Assembly (NCBI RefSeq): GCF_009914755.1
Contig: NC_060935.1
Length of the DNA stretch: 64,000 nucleotides
Strand: one strand, 5' to 3'
Origin: the human T2T-CHM13v2.0 reference genome, Homo sapiens
Shown: positions 15,066 to 29,900 of the stretch, piece by piece
Layout: each line of letters opens with the position of its first letter
Position numbering within the stretch: the stretch's first letter is position 1
The notes under the pieces: generated by a model
Seen by the model: only the letters and a program-made list of their open reading frames with translations
Databases searched by the model: none
Told to the model about the DNA's origin: nothing
Made by a program: the position numbers and the translations under genes

Positions 15066-15352
15066 GACTGGGCATGGTGGCTAACAGCTGTAATCCCAGC
15101 ACTTTGGAAGGCCAAGGAGGATGGGTCACTTGAGCCCAGGAGTTGAGACCAGCCCATGCACTGTGGTGAAACCCTGTCTCAACAACAACAACAAACATTA
15201 GCTGGGCTTGGTGGTGCATCCCTGTAGTCCCAGCTACTTGGGATGCTGAGGTTGGAGGATGGCTGAAGCCCAGGAGGTCGAGGCTGCAGTGACTTCAGCC
15301 TGGATAAGAGAGTGAGACCCTTTCTCAAAAAAATAAAAATAAAAATAAAAAA
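15066..15352 (+). mobile_element. AluJ
   Basis: CTTGAGCCCAGGAG, GAGGCTGCAGTG diagnostics; ~20-bp deletion in right arm; (TAAAAA)n tail. Confidence 0.9.
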
Positions 15353-15809
15353 GTCTTCTAGTTTTCCAACTACAAATTTTATTACTTCCTCTTACATAAA
15401 AAAATTATATGGTATAGTTTTTCTTGTATGTTTATTTCAGTCATTCAATACCTTTTTTATTAGTACATCTAGGAATTGTAGCACTTTACCTATAAGGAAA
15501 GAACTGGACTGAATGATTGTATTATCATTTAGGGTTTCACATTTAGGACAGAAAGAACATTTTAATGATTCAGATAATGATAATAGTGGATTCTTCTACA
15601 AGATCTAACACTATTATAATGTAATTATTCCCAGCTACTTCACACTAGGAAAACCTAACACATAAATAAGTGAATTTCAGAATACATAATTTTGTTGTAG
15701 TTTAAAAGTCCATTTTGTTATGAAAGATGGCAAAGGCAAGATTTCTTGTTCCAATATCCCAATTTATAAAAATAGCAACAATTATCAAACTAATAAGAAT
15801 ATTGAAAAT

Positions 15810-15965
15810 ATAATTTATAGAATACTTTTGCATATCTTTACATCAGTTGATTCTCACAACAGCCTTCTGTGATGGAAAGGTAAAGTATTAGTTTCACCAT
15901 TTTATAGATGAGAAAGCTGAGGCACAAGAGTCTGACCTAACTGTAGTTATATACCTAATAAAGGA
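15810..15965 (-). mobile_element. MIR
   Basis: CCATTTTATAGATGAGAAAGCTGAGGCACA core. Confidence 0.8.
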
Positions 15966-16559
15966 ATATTATCTACATTATGCTACATGACCATAGATAT
16001 ATGGCATGAAATTTATAATTGTTGGAGTTAAGTTACACATACATTTAGGAGGAAAATCATGTTATGGAATACACTAGGCAAATAGTTACAAATAATTGCC
16101 ACTATCTCAAAAAACAAATAGGGGTTATTATTACTATTTTATTTTTACCATTCTCTCAAAATAGTTCATAATATTTTAGATGGGATAGCTCTGTGACTGA
16201 GTCACTTTCTTCACCTTTCTTCATGCATGTTTTTCTAAAGAAGTCCATGGTGAACTTAAGGAATGTACTGCTTGAATATTTTTTTCTCCTAGAAATCCAT
16301 TGTCTGAAAGATTATGAATGCTATTTTCATTGCTAGTAACATCAGGCCTTTATATTATTATTATTATTATGAGACCTTACTGCCTTTATTTTTTTTCTGT
16401 TTTCATCTCTAATTTTGAATTCTCTTTGCATTTCCATGTTCTCTAATAATTTTTCCTAGGGTTTCTTAGTCTTTATTATGTAATTTATATACTTTCATTA
16501 TGTTTTCAACACCTACACTGTATCTTCATTCTCCGTGTTATCTCAGCTTTCCCAACTCC

Positions 16560-17490
16560 CCCGGGCTCGCTCTCATTCATTCTCTCTTTACCACTTCTAA
16601 TCCACACTGCTCAAAAAGTGTGCCCTCCCACAGTCAGTCATGAACTCAAAGTAATGTTTCTTCCTTTTCTAGTGTTCCATGTCACCAATGACATTCCAAT
16701 TGCAAAATTCAATGGACGCTACTCACACTTTGTCTCTCTGCAACTCTCAGCTGAATTTAGCACTGTTGACAATCCTGACCTTCTTGAAACTCTGCACTTA
16801 CTTTGACTTTAAAACACTCTTGATCACCTTATTTATCTTTGGTGGTTGTGTCATTTTTTAGCTCCTTTTTATTTTTCTATTTCTTTGGCTTCTATACTCA
16901 GTTAACTGCTTTTTTCATCATACATGTTCTGTGGGGATCCCTCACTCTCTAGACAGTAACCATAGGGATATTGATGAGACCCAAATAGAGATCTCAAGTT
17001 TGGACATCTTCTCCAAGCTTCACAGCCATAAATTCATTTTTTTCTCTACACATTTCCATTTGAATGGCACAGAGGCAGGTGTCTTCAACATGTTCAAGAT
17101 AGAAATAATTATTTTCTTCTTTGAACTGAGTTTACTCTCTTGTTAGCATAGCCACCATTTATCAGGCTTTCAACTTCGTAGACATTGTTGACACTTTACT
17201 CTCCTTCAATCAATCAATCAATCAACCAATCAAGATTACTGATTTTACCTGCCAAACTGCCAAAATTTAGACCTTCAGCATCATATCTGAGCTACAGTAT
17301 TCATATAATGACGCACCACATATTTTAAGCCTTAAAGACTACAATGTTACAACTTAGCTAAAGAATAATTTCTCTGTTGTCCACCTTATTTCCTTTTACT
17401 CTTACACTGTGAGTAATGTCAACAGAGATTATGTCTTATTTTTCCCTAGATCAAGTATGTTTCTTGACACAAATAGATACTCCATACATA
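16560..17490 (+). mobile_element. L2 fragments
   Basis: GTCACCAATGAC..ATTGCAAAATTCAATGG..CTCTCAGCTGAATTTAGCACTGTTGAC (L2 RT remnant) and degenerate 3' end. Confidence 0.7.
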
Positions 17491-17531
17491 ATTTAAAATA
17501 CAGTTTTTAAAACATTTGTATTAATTTTTTA

Positions 17532-18361
17532 TTTTTATTTCAAGTTCTAGATAAATGTACAGGTTTGCTACATAGGTAAATGTGTGCCATGGTGGTTTGC
17601 TGCACCTATCAACCCATCACCTAGGTATTAAGCCCAGCATGCATTAGCTATCATTCCTAATGCTCTTTCTCCCCCTACTCTACCCCTTGACAGGTCCTGG
17701 TGTGTGTTGTTCCTCTCCCTGTGTCCATGTGTTTTCATTGTTCAGTTCCCACTTATAAGGGAGAACATGCAGTGTTTGGTTTTCTGTTCCTGCATTAGTT
17801 TGCTGAGGATAATGGCTCCCAGCTCCATCCATGTTCCTGCAAAGGACATGATCTCATTGCTTTTTATGGCTGCATAGTATTCCAAGGGATATATGTACTG
17901 CATTTTCATTATCCAGTCTATCATTGATGGACATTTGGGTTGATTCCATTTCTTCACTATTGTGAATAGTGCTGTAATAAATATACACACATGTATCTTT
18001 GTAATAGGATGATTTATATTCATTTGGGTATATACTCAGTAATAGGATTGCTGGGTCAAATGGTATTTCTGGTTCTAGATTTTTGAGGAATCACAACATT
18101 GTCTTCCACAATGGTTGAACTAGTTTACATTGCCACCATCCGTGAAAAGCATTCCTATTTCTCTGCAATCTCGCCAGCATCTATCATTTCTTGACTTTTT
18201 AATAATCGCCATTCTGACTGGCATGAGATAGTATCTCATTGTGGTTTTGATTTGCATTTCTCTAATTATCAGTGATATTGAGCTTTTTTACATATGTTTG
18301 TTGGCTATATACGTGAATGAATAGATACCACTCAAAAAAGACATTCATGCAATCAACAAAA
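17532..18361 (-). mobile_element. L1PA8-like 3' end with a short 5' inversion
   Basis: Minus-strand 3'UTR/ORF2 end to ~18314, then a plus-strand L1 piece (CTCAAAAAAGACATTCATGCAATCAACAAA). Confidence 0.88.
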
Positions 18362-18549
18362 AATTTTTTAGAGAAAAAAATTTTTTATCAAAGCATATAA
18401 TTCACACAGAGATATATACAAAACTTAAGTGTACTGCAGAATGATTTTTTTTTTTTTTTACAAAGTGAATGTCTATCATTTTATTAACCTGAAGATTAAG
18501 AAACAGAATGTTAGTAACCACCAAATATCTCCATTTGGACCCTTTGTCT

Positions 18550-19145
18550 TAGTGTCTCAAGGTCACCTCCAAATTTAATTCCTTAGCCTCATAGGACTCA
18601 GGGCAGTAGTTTTACTTATGGTTATGATTTTTTACAACAAAACAATACAGATTAAAATTGGCAAAGTGAAAAGACTCATGGAGCAAAGTCCAGGAGGAAC
18701 TAGGCTTAAGCTTCCAGGTGTCTCCTCACAGTGGAGTCACAAATGGATATGCTCGGTTCTCCTAAAAATGATGTGTAAAAACACATGCTCAATGTTGCCA
18801 AACAGAAAAGCTCTTGTAAGTCTTGATGTCTGGTTTCTATTGGGGGTCAGTCATGTAGACTTGCAATGCTGCATGACTCAGTCACTCCAACTCCAGCCTT
18901 CCTCTGCAACCACTCCCATCCCCGTAAAAACATGTGTTCACCATAGATATCACTGTTCAGATAAACTTATTTGGTCAAACTGGTGCATCATGGCTTAAGG
19001 CTTCAGTTATGTAGAACCACAAATTCATTTTAAATACAGCAGATTTTCTTATCAGGCAGGATATTCTAAGCGTTTAGAATTTATATCGCAGAAGCCAGCA
19101 GCAGGTCTATCGTCAGCACTGAAGACAACTTTTCCTTGGAATGTG
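18550..19145. mobile_element. MER21-like LTR
   Basis: GGACTCAG..ATGGTTATGATTT..CAAAGTCCAGGAGGAACTAGGC..AAGCTTCCAG..CAGTGGAGTCAC. Confidence 0.7.
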
Positions 19146-19499
19146 ATAGATTTTACAGAAGCTACAAATACTGTACAGTTTGATTTCTTGTAGAATTTTT
19201 ATTAAGGGAACAATGGGTGATATTCATGAGATCCCTACAGTAATATGAAAGCATATTATTGCACACTAAGTTGCCAAATTCTCTGCTAACAATAGCCAAC
19301 TTGAGAGACTGCAACAAAAGTCAATGTGAATACAGGGCTCTTAGTTAGTCTTCAAACAAAGTTCACAACTATTTAATAAAATATATCTCAAGACCAATCT
19401 TTCCAGCTGTCAAATTGACAGAAAGCACAGTGCTTGATATTGCCTGCTATTAATAAAGGAATGGAAGAACATGTAAAATCATGTATTACTTCAACTTTT

Positions 19500-19770
19500 T
19501 AGATTACAAATAATATCTTTTAAATTTTAAAATGCACATACGCATCTACTTCTTGAAATTTATTTTATGGATAAAAATTGTGAAAGTGCATGAAATCACA
19601 GAAAAAAAGTTGTGCAACATAATTTATAACAAATGGCTAGAAACAACTCAATGATTTATCAGTGGATGACCAGTGAAATCAATTACATTAAATCAATACA
19701 ATGGAATATTATGAAACTGTTAAAAAGAATGATATCAATCTCTGTTCTGGTATGAAAAGGCAATCTGACA
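19500..19770 (+). mobile_element. Old L1M 3' fragment
   Basis: ATACAATGGAATATTATGAAACTGTTAAAAAGAATGA. Confidence 0.6.
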
Positions 19771-21328
19771 TGAGGAAGAATGGTATCTATAATGTCAGGA
19801 AGCTTTCCAGCTATGTAGTAAACTAAGCTAGACAGTTAAATTAACAATGTGCATTTTCTTTTCCTTCAGACACTGTTGTGGACATATTGTGTTGTATTTG
19901 AAAGATCATGACAGGAATAAAATAAAACCTGCTATTCCTGGAAATCACAAATTTAAATGTCACCATTAACATCTAAGCTGTCTTGGATAGCTATGCAGTT
20001 CTATTTAACTTGTTAATGTACTATATTGTAATTAATCCAGACAAAAATAGAGAGTAACAGAAGCGTTAAATAGACAAATCCAAGAGTACAAATGATAAAA
20101 GGACACTAAATTTTGCCTCAAGCCATACTCTGTGGTAGAAGGTGTCCTGTTCAAAACCAAGAAATGAACAACTTGCTATTCAGTTAATTTGAATAATTCA
20201 AAAATAAAAACTTTTATTAAATTATCTTTGGGGCAACTGTGTTAAATCTAGAAGACTGAGCTATTTTTGGTTTTGGAATTATATCTGAGATAAACTAAAA
20301 ACAGTTTCTGCCATGTCTACCAGCTTTACAATGCTGTATGTATGATTAATCCTTCTTATGTTTCAGTGGAAATCAAAATATAGGTGGCAGATGAGCTTAA
20401 ATATTTGCAAAAAAAATTCAACAAATGCATTAAAGTAATAAAGTCTGTAATTTCTTAAAGAGTTAGGCTTGCTAAGTCAAGGAAATGGTGTTTTCACTAT
20501 TGTATATTCCCCACTATGCCTAGCCTAGTGAGCAGTTTTCAAAAATCATTTCCTGATTGCTTATGAGTTTCCTGCTGATTTTACCATTTAATTCTCCATC
20601 CTAAGCCTAGTACAATCTCCTATTAGACAAGCCCTAGGGAGTATAAAAACAGTATTATATATTATGGGTACTTACATTTGTAGAGTTTAATTTCAAAAAT
20701 ATTCTAGGGACATCATAGCAACAGTAAAAATAAAAATAAAAAAACAGTAGATATTTTATCTCATTGCAAATAAACTTTTTTTTGCTTTTGTTTCATCCAG
20801 TCTTTTTATATATGCATCTACAATTCTGTATAGCCATAATCACAGGTTGTATACCATTTTTAATTCAATACATATGCATCTTAACTTGAAATATTTAAAG
20901 TTTACATTGTACACTAAAGGCTGACCCTGAGTATTTGAAGAGTTTAGATTTAAAAATGTAATTAGTAAATTTAAAATTAGATTCAGTTAATAGATTATAT
21001 TAAAATATTAAAAAGAAATTAGTAAATAGCTTTGAAGTGAACAATATAAAGTTTTTTCAAAGATTGAATAATATACAATAGAAAATTCTGGATTTTCTAC
21101 AGATAATAAGCCCCTTATAAAGGAGGTTTTAAAAAATACATAAACATATTTCATTTTCCTTACAGTTAAGTTATTCGGAGAAAACGTAGATCACAGATAA
21201 GGAGATAGGTTTAAAAAACGGGTTACGATATAAGGCAAAGGTTATTAGAATAAACGAGAAATGAATAAAACAATAGTCCCTTCCAATTCTGGCATACATT
21301 AAACAAGGTGGCCTAAAAGATTAAATGG

Positions 21329-21693
<365 letters not shown>

Positions 21694-21834
21694 TTAGCTA
21701 TAGGTAGAAGGAATTAATATTTTAAAAATCACTAAATAAAGATACTTACTGCAATTTATCTCATAGAGTAGAATAAAATATTCACTATACTAATTCTACA
21801 ATGCAGCCACTGGAGGTTCCATGCTATTTTCTTG

Positions 21835-21910
21835 TTTATCGTCTACCTATCTATCGGCCTACCTACCTATCTATCCTACCTGTCCATCTATATCTATAAA
21901 TCATCTATTT
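21835..21910 (+). repeat. Degenerate (TCTA/CCTA)n
   Basis: Seen directly. Confidence 0.8.
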
Positions 21911-23416
21911 ATTTTAATATTTTTTATTTAATTACATGCATGTTTTGAGCATCAAGGAAATGTTACTTGACTTAAACGACAAATTTGAAGAATATATTTT
22001 TGAAGTTTTAAGTAAACTGAATATATGTATTTCCAATTTAAGAAATAGTTATCAGGCTTCAGGAAACAAAGGGTTAGCTGGTTGCAAGTTTTACATAATA
22101 AGTTCCTATAATAATTGCTGCTGAGATGGGATTTGCATTATGTAAGTGGAAAATTCAAATTCACAACTGTACAACTGTTAAAGGTTAAAATTTATTGAGC
22201 ATATACTATTTAATGCTGAGCCCTCTTATAAATGAAGAGAAATTTATCTGTAAGATAAAAGTTATTTTTGTTTCATAGATTAGAGAGATTTATTGCTGTA
22301 AAATAACTTAGCAAAAATATCAACCTTATAAACGTTGGAACTTTGTTGTAAACATCAGTCTGTTAAAATTCAAAACCATGCTTTTTAATTTTCATTTCTA
22401 GACCTAGTTGAGAACTGCATTTCTTTTTCTTCTGTCAACAAAGGAGCCCATATTAAAGGGAGCAGCACATGAATTTTACTAATTAGTTAGCAGGAATTAT
22501 TAAACCAGTACATACAACACTTATTAAGATTAATCTTCATCTTTTTTAAAAGTACTTTTAGTACTTTTTTAGAGGTACTAAAAGTAGGCTTACAATATGG
22601 ATAAGGTGAGTACAGAAAAGACCAAATAAATTGACTTGACTGGATTTTGCTCTACTGAAAAATGTTACCGATGGAAAGTACAGCATTAAAAACAAGTTGC
22701 TTTAAAAAAATTGAAAATGATGTTAAAATATAGCTGGATAATTGGAACAAGTTTATGTGGTTTTATTAAAAAGATCAGGTAGGCAAAATCTAGGCAGGAT
22801 TATGTGTCTTTCATTACAAGGTTTAATTTCCTTTAGGTATTAAGTAGAGCCAATAAATTATACACATGCCCTTTTATGACCCCAAGTTGCAAAATATTTG
22901 AGAGATAAACAAAGTCAAGTATTTGGGAATCAAAATAGTATATTTCCTCAAATATAAAGTGTCATAAATTATAAGATACAGCATTATATTTTGTATTAAA
23001 AAAGCAATGGCAAATTATGATACAATGTAGCAGTTAGATTTTATGGTATTTTTTCTCTTATTGAAAAAACTTTTAGATAAACTTTGACAGAATTTCTTAA
23101 CATACATTTAATATATATTTTAGTATCAATCAGAATTCTGACAGAACACTTATTTTATCTCAAATTATTCCAATGAAGAGATTTGGTAATAACCTATGGA
23201 GATAGTTAAAGGTACAAACAAGAAATGAAGTGATACCAAAGACAGTAGAAGCTAGAAAGTATTTCCACCCACAGGGATGAAAAAAAAAAAAAAAAGAAAT
23301 AATGATGAAAGAGGCCAAAGAAAGCTATAGCCCTGGAGGGAGGGATGTCCATGATGAAGTAGGAGTGATTTACTGATGGCATCTGAAAACTTTGGACAAA
23401 TACAATCAAAAGGTAC

Positions 23417-23769
23417 TGATATGGTCTGGCTGTGTGCCTACCCAAATCTAATCTTGAATTGTAGTTCCCATAATTCCCACATGTCGTGGGAGGTAATTTA
23501 ATCATGGAGGCAGTTACCCTCATGCTGTTCTCGTGATAGTGAGTGAGTTCTTACAAGATCTGCTGGTTTTATAAGGGACTTTTCCCCCTTTTGCTGGGCA
23601 CTTCTCTCTTGCATGTGGCCATATAAGACATGCTCCAGCTTTGCCTTCTACCATGATTGTGTGGCCTCCACAGCCATGTGGAACTGTGAGTCCATTAAAC
23701 CCCTTTTTCTTTATAAATTACCCACTTGCGGGTATGTCTTTATTAGCAGCTTGAGAACAGGCTGATACA
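23417..23769 (+). mobile_element. THE1 (C/D-like) solo LTR
   Basis: TGATATGG...GATACA termini; TSD GGTAC/GATAC. Confidence 0.92.
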
Positions 23770-25109
23770 GATACCAAGCAAGAGAGCTCAGGTGATGCGA
23801 TCGCAGAAGTCAGCATTCCTGGGCATCAAGAAGGGTAGAAAAGAGCAGATAGTAAATCCAATTTGGTAGGAAAGCAGGACAGTAAAGGATGGCACATTTG
23901 CTCATGTGTGTATGAAATAAAATTGTTTAATATTCTAAAATTTCTTCATATTCAGAGTTCAACTTTTCTAGTTTTTCTCTGACTCAGTGCTATTGATGTC
24001 CACCCTTTCACATAATATCATCCTTTGTGTGGTCAAGAATATTGATATACCCTGCTTCCTTGAAATAGTATTCCACTGTCATCTCCAGGATTACTTTCCA
24101 AGCTCTGGCAAGTTTTGATGCTGCTACTTTATTTATTTTACCAGAAGATGCCAATGGAAATTTTTCAGACCAATTTCACACATGTGCAGGCAATAACAAC
24201 TACTTAACAGCCGCCACCTGTGTGAGAATAATTATAAGATTCTTGGGTGGTAAAATGCAATCCCCTAAGAGTTGTTAAAATGTGAAAATATATAAATGTA
24301 TTAAGGTCAGTAAAATGTGATATCAGTTGTCTTACAGATTTATTTTAGGTTAGAGGATATGGTTTAGAGTGTGATAACAACAGACTTCATATTACTAAAT
24401 TACAAAATTAAACTCACCATTCGGGCATAAGTGAGATGGAGCAACCACTGCCTACAAGGCTCTGCTCCTCATAACTTATATCTGGAAGGATTTAATAAGA
24501 TGTAGGTTTCTGAACAATAATATTTCTAATTCACCATTGAATTCTAGCTTTACATTTCCAGTTTAAAAATATCTTAGTAAATATGCTAATTCAATTTTTT
24601 TGTTGGAGTGTATTAAACTTAATTGCATAAGTGTTTAAAAAAGAATTCAAGGATATACCATAGAAATATTTGCTAAAAGATGGAAGTGATTTATAATATT
24701 TATAATATAATATTTAATTTACAATATTCTAATCAGAGTAGCATGTAATGTGGAAACCATTAAGTAATGATAAGAGGGTCACTTATTTTTGACAAAGGGG
24801 AAAACTCTACATTGAATATTGACATGCCAAGAGAAATGTGTGCAACAAACAGCATAGCATCAAAACAAGAAAAACTATTAGAAATCTAAGAAGTTATAAT
24901 GGAAACAATAGTAGTGCAAGAGTATCTGAATAATAAAATACAAGCTAAAACGTTTGAGTGAGCATCTATCTTGTCCAGAATCTTCTACACTACTTTGGAA
25001 AAGGTAGTGTTGGCTGTATCTCAGAAAAAAACTACTGGGGTACTCCCCATTTGGTCATAATATATTATATATATTATTTATATATTGCTCAATTCTATTT
25101 TCTAATAAC

Positions 25110-25460
25110 TTGTAAATAATTTTTGTATTTACTTTCAGGGTGAATATTACTTTAATTTTATTGTAGTTTTTTTTTGGTTTGGGTTTGGTATTAGAATAAT
25201 GTTGTCCTCAGATAAATTTGAAATTATTTACTTTTCTTCAAATTATGGGAATAATTTGTGTTGAATTGCTATTATTCTTGCACAAATGTTTGGTGGCACT
25301 TCCTAGTAAAATCACCTGGTCCTGAAATTTTCTTTTCAGGGAGATTTTTAAATTATACTTTCATATTATTTAGATAGCTAGATGATAGATTTATAGATAC
25401 AGGATTGTTCAGGTTATCAATTTCTTCTTGAGTGAGTATTCACAGTTTGTGTCTTCATGG
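25110..25460 (-). mobile_element. Old L1M ORF2 fragment
   Basis: TTTGGTATTAGAATAATG...AAATCACCTGGTCCTG...TTCTTCTTGAGTGAG. Confidence 0.65.
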
Positions 25461-26269
25461 TAGAACTAGGATTTGAAACCTATGATTTGAGGGAGGTTGC
25501 CTCTAATCATAGATATGAATTACTGTCTCAGTTTATACCAGTATAAAAGTTGCTAACATGTATTAGGATCGTCATTGTAGAGAAGTATAGAGGAATAAAC
25601 AAGAAGGTATTTAGTGTTCAAGTTTAGAGTATTCCTAATGCTCTCCCCATCATGTGCATATTTAAAAGCCAAATGTGAAAAGCTAAAACATATGAAATAT
25701 AAGAAAACACAGATGACCCAGGTTGAAAGAACATAGCATTAATCTACAGTTCTGAATACAAGACGTCTCCTAGAATCTTTAAGTTGTGAAAATTTGCCAC
25801 ATTTTATAATTTGACATGACATTATTTCTGCTAAATATCCATTTAATTTGTGAAACTGGCACTGGTTACATTTACATTCGTCTATTTTCTGCAAGTTAGT
25901 ATATCCATCCATTTTACGAATGATAAAAGTGAAGTTCAGAGGAACACAAGCTGGTTTGTGGAGTATGGGAATATCCAAAAGTATCCTCAAATTTGATGAA
26001 TTACAAGTATAATGCCCAATCCTTAATGCAAGGAACACTTAAAAGATGGATAAATATTTTATCATAGTTTTTTTTTTTTGAAGATCTTCAGGAGGAATTA
26101 AGTGGTTACTTTTTGGGGAGTTTAAAATTATTTTTCTCCTAGATGATGTAAGTGTACAAACATTATTAGAAACAGCATGTGAGTGTAAATAAACCACAGA
26201 ACCTTAATGAGGTAGGGAGAATACCATTTACTTTAAAATAAAATCCCACATTATAATCAATTCCCATAG

Positions 26270-26480
26270 CACTTTTTAACTTACAAAATGTTGTCAAAGC
26301 CAGTTTCTCATGTGATTCTCAGAATAACCATGTGAAATTGCTATTATTAATCTTTGTCTATTAGAGATGAGATCATCCCAACTTAATGAGGGAAAGTGAT
26401 TTAAGGTCTCACATACAATACATGGCAGAATTAGCTTCAAGCTGTATCTCTTGACAATTTAACCAGTGTTATTTCCAGCG
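26270..26480 (-). mobile_element. MIR
   Basis: Degenerate core (AGATGAGA...AAGTGATTTAAGGTCTCACA...ATGGCAGAATTAG). Confidence 0.55.
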
Positions 26481-27456
26481 AATCTTTTTTGTTTGACCCC
26501 AAGGTGTATATGGAGATGAATGGGAATAGGGTAGAAGTCAGAGGATGACAACAATACCCATGACAGCATTGGGATCTTACAGGATGATTTACACCTCCTC
26601 CTAAATGAAAATATCACTGGGAGAAAATTAGCACTTTTTGAATGTAATGGTGCGCTGCCTCAAAACTCTCTGCTTAATTTTTGGAACTCCTACTGTCAAA
26701 AAAGACATAATTGATCTGTAACCTGGCTGGATATTCTTATACTATAATGAAAAGGATTAGTCCTGCTGGTTTAAACCAGTTTATCATGCTTATGATGAAA
26801 AAGAGAGAGGCAAACAAACAGAATACAGAAAAAACACAAAACAAAGACAATTAATAAAGAGCAAACAAATCAAAATGTATATTGCTCCTCTACAAGATTT
26901 TTTACGAATGGTCCCCCTCAGGTCAGTAGAGTGAAACCCAGTGATTAAAACAATATCTAGTATTGTCAAAAAAAAAAAATATATAGCATTGTATCAGCAG
27001 TAGAGCATGAACTCTGAGGTTGGATGGAACTAGTCTCAAGCTCCTACATACTCAAATTGCTAGATTTTTGACCTCAGCTAAATATTTTTTTTCCTTCTTT
27101 TCTCTATGGTAGTAGTCCCCTGAAGTACATAGAAAAAAACTGAAAAATAACACAAGGACTTTTCCAAATGGAAAGAGTATCTGCTTTGGCTATTTTTTGT
27201 AACGTGTACATTGTTCTAATGTTAACATGATGAAAATATATGCAGCTACATTATAGTATTGGTTATATGGTGTTATACTCACAATAAATCTTTGTTTTAG
27301 GTAATTAATAATAGTTTTCTGCAAAACCACTCTGAGGTGAATCAGTAATAAAAGTCTGAATCTATTTTTGATGTCTGAGAAGTAACAGTTTTAAGACCCA
27401 TTCCTCACCTTTCTCTCTTTGCTCACATTTGGCAAGCCAATAAAAACGGCCAAGTG

Positions 27457-27705
27457 AAAGAATAATACCTAGTATTTGATATCCCAACAGGGTGACCATA
27501 GTCAAGATAATTTAGTTGTACATTTTATAATAACTAAAAGAGCACAATTGGATGGTTTATAACACAAAGGATAAATGCTTAAGCAGATGGATGCCCCATT
27601 GTCCATGATGTGATTATTATGCAATGCATGCCTGTATAAAAATATCTCATGTACCTCAAAAATATGTACACCTACTATGTACCCACAAAAATTAAAAATT
27701 AATAA
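27457..27705 (+). mobile_element. L1MA (MA1-3-like) 3' end
   Basis: TAACACAAAGGATAAATGCTT...TACTATGTACCCACAAAAATTAAAAAT. Confidence 0.85.
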
Positions 27706-27888
27706 ATTATTTTTTAGAAAAAAAATTTAAAAGCCAGGTACTTCCTTTCTTGACACAGGTGGAGAAGTTATCCATATTAAAATTTGTGCAAAAATAATTG
27801 GGAACATAAAAACACATACTAGGCTCAGAAGTAAATAATGCAACGTGTCTTGGAATTCTTCGAAAGTAAAATGGCTGACGGCACACTA

Positions 27889-28496
<608 letters not shown>

Positions 28497-29349
28497 TTGT
28501 ATAGTTTGAATGCTTTCATTTCTGTGTATCTTTATAAACATAATGTATTTATAAGTAAATATATGTTGTCTAATGTATTATATATATATACTCTTACAAC
28601 TAATATTACTTTAGTAAAAATTATGCTTAAATATATCATGAAAAAGGGGGCCCTAAATTGCTAGAGTTTAGCACTTTATGAAAAGACAGTGAAAATGTAT
28701 GAACTAGGTGAGAAGAAACAACCTATATTTTTGAAAGTGAAACTAGAGAGAGGCCTCTACATTTCAGCCACATTACTAAATGAACCAAGATGAAATTTCT
28801 ATCCTCATTTCAAATTGCTACAGATGATAAAATTTATATTTTTAACCGCATAAGACTACTCACTGCTCAGGAACAAATCATGCACTCTCTAGCTTCTGAG
28901 CTTTGTTGAGGCTACTCCCTTGGTATGATATGTTCTTTTCACTACCCCACTCTCTTTTTTGGTGCTTCATGCATAATGGTAACCACTCTAGTTATAGAAA
29001 AGTTATATCCCCTCTGTGGATTTCCCAGATACCTCCTGCAAACATTAATACTTCTGTCCATTGTGCTTCACATAGCTTTTCTAATTAAACATCTATAATC
29101 TGATTACAGGTTTTAAGATTTTGGAGATGTGTGTGTATATGACTGTGTTTTACGGATGTTTCTTCCTTTACTTGTCTATGACATCCTTGATCAAGTTCAA
29201 TCCCTATTCGTCTGTGTAGCTCTAGAATATGACAAAATGCAGAGAAAATAGGAACCATTTAATAAATTTTGATAAGAATGCACTCTATAAGATGTTCTAA
29301 ATTTGATTAAATACATCTATTTTAGCTTGCGTTCAAGAGTAAGTTTAGA

Positions 29350-29900
29350 GCTATCATTTTCCCCAGCCATCTCACTACTGCTTATCTACACAAAGTAAAA
29401 GAAATCAATACATTAAAAAGATACCTGAACTCATATGTTTATCTCGGGTACCATTCACACTAGCAAAGATTTGGAATCAACCTAAACATCCATCAACAGG
29501 TGAATGAATAAAGAAAATGTGGTATATATACACAATAGAATACTGTTCAGTCAATAAAAGAATGAAATCATGTCTTTTGCAGGAACATGGATGGAACTGA
29601 AGGTCATCATCTTAAATGAAGCAAGCCAAGCACAGATAGACAAATATCTCGTGTTCTCACTCATAAATGGATGCTCAAATAACGTGTTCAGATGGATGTA
29701 GAGAGTAGAGTGACAGATAACGAAGACTTGGAAAAGTGAGGGTAGGGGCTTGGAGGAGGGGAGGATGACAAGAAAATGGTTAATCAGTGCAATGAATGTT
29801 ATTTGGGAGATGGATGCCCTAAAAACCCTTACTTGACCACTATGCAATCATTGCATGTAAAACAATAGCACGTACACCCCATAAAAAGTAAAACAAAAAT
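29350..29900 (+). mobile_element. L1MA/L1PB 3' end
   Basis: ORF2 C-terminal remnant and 3'UTR (ACTTGACCACTATGCAATC...CACCCCATAAA). Confidence 0.8.
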
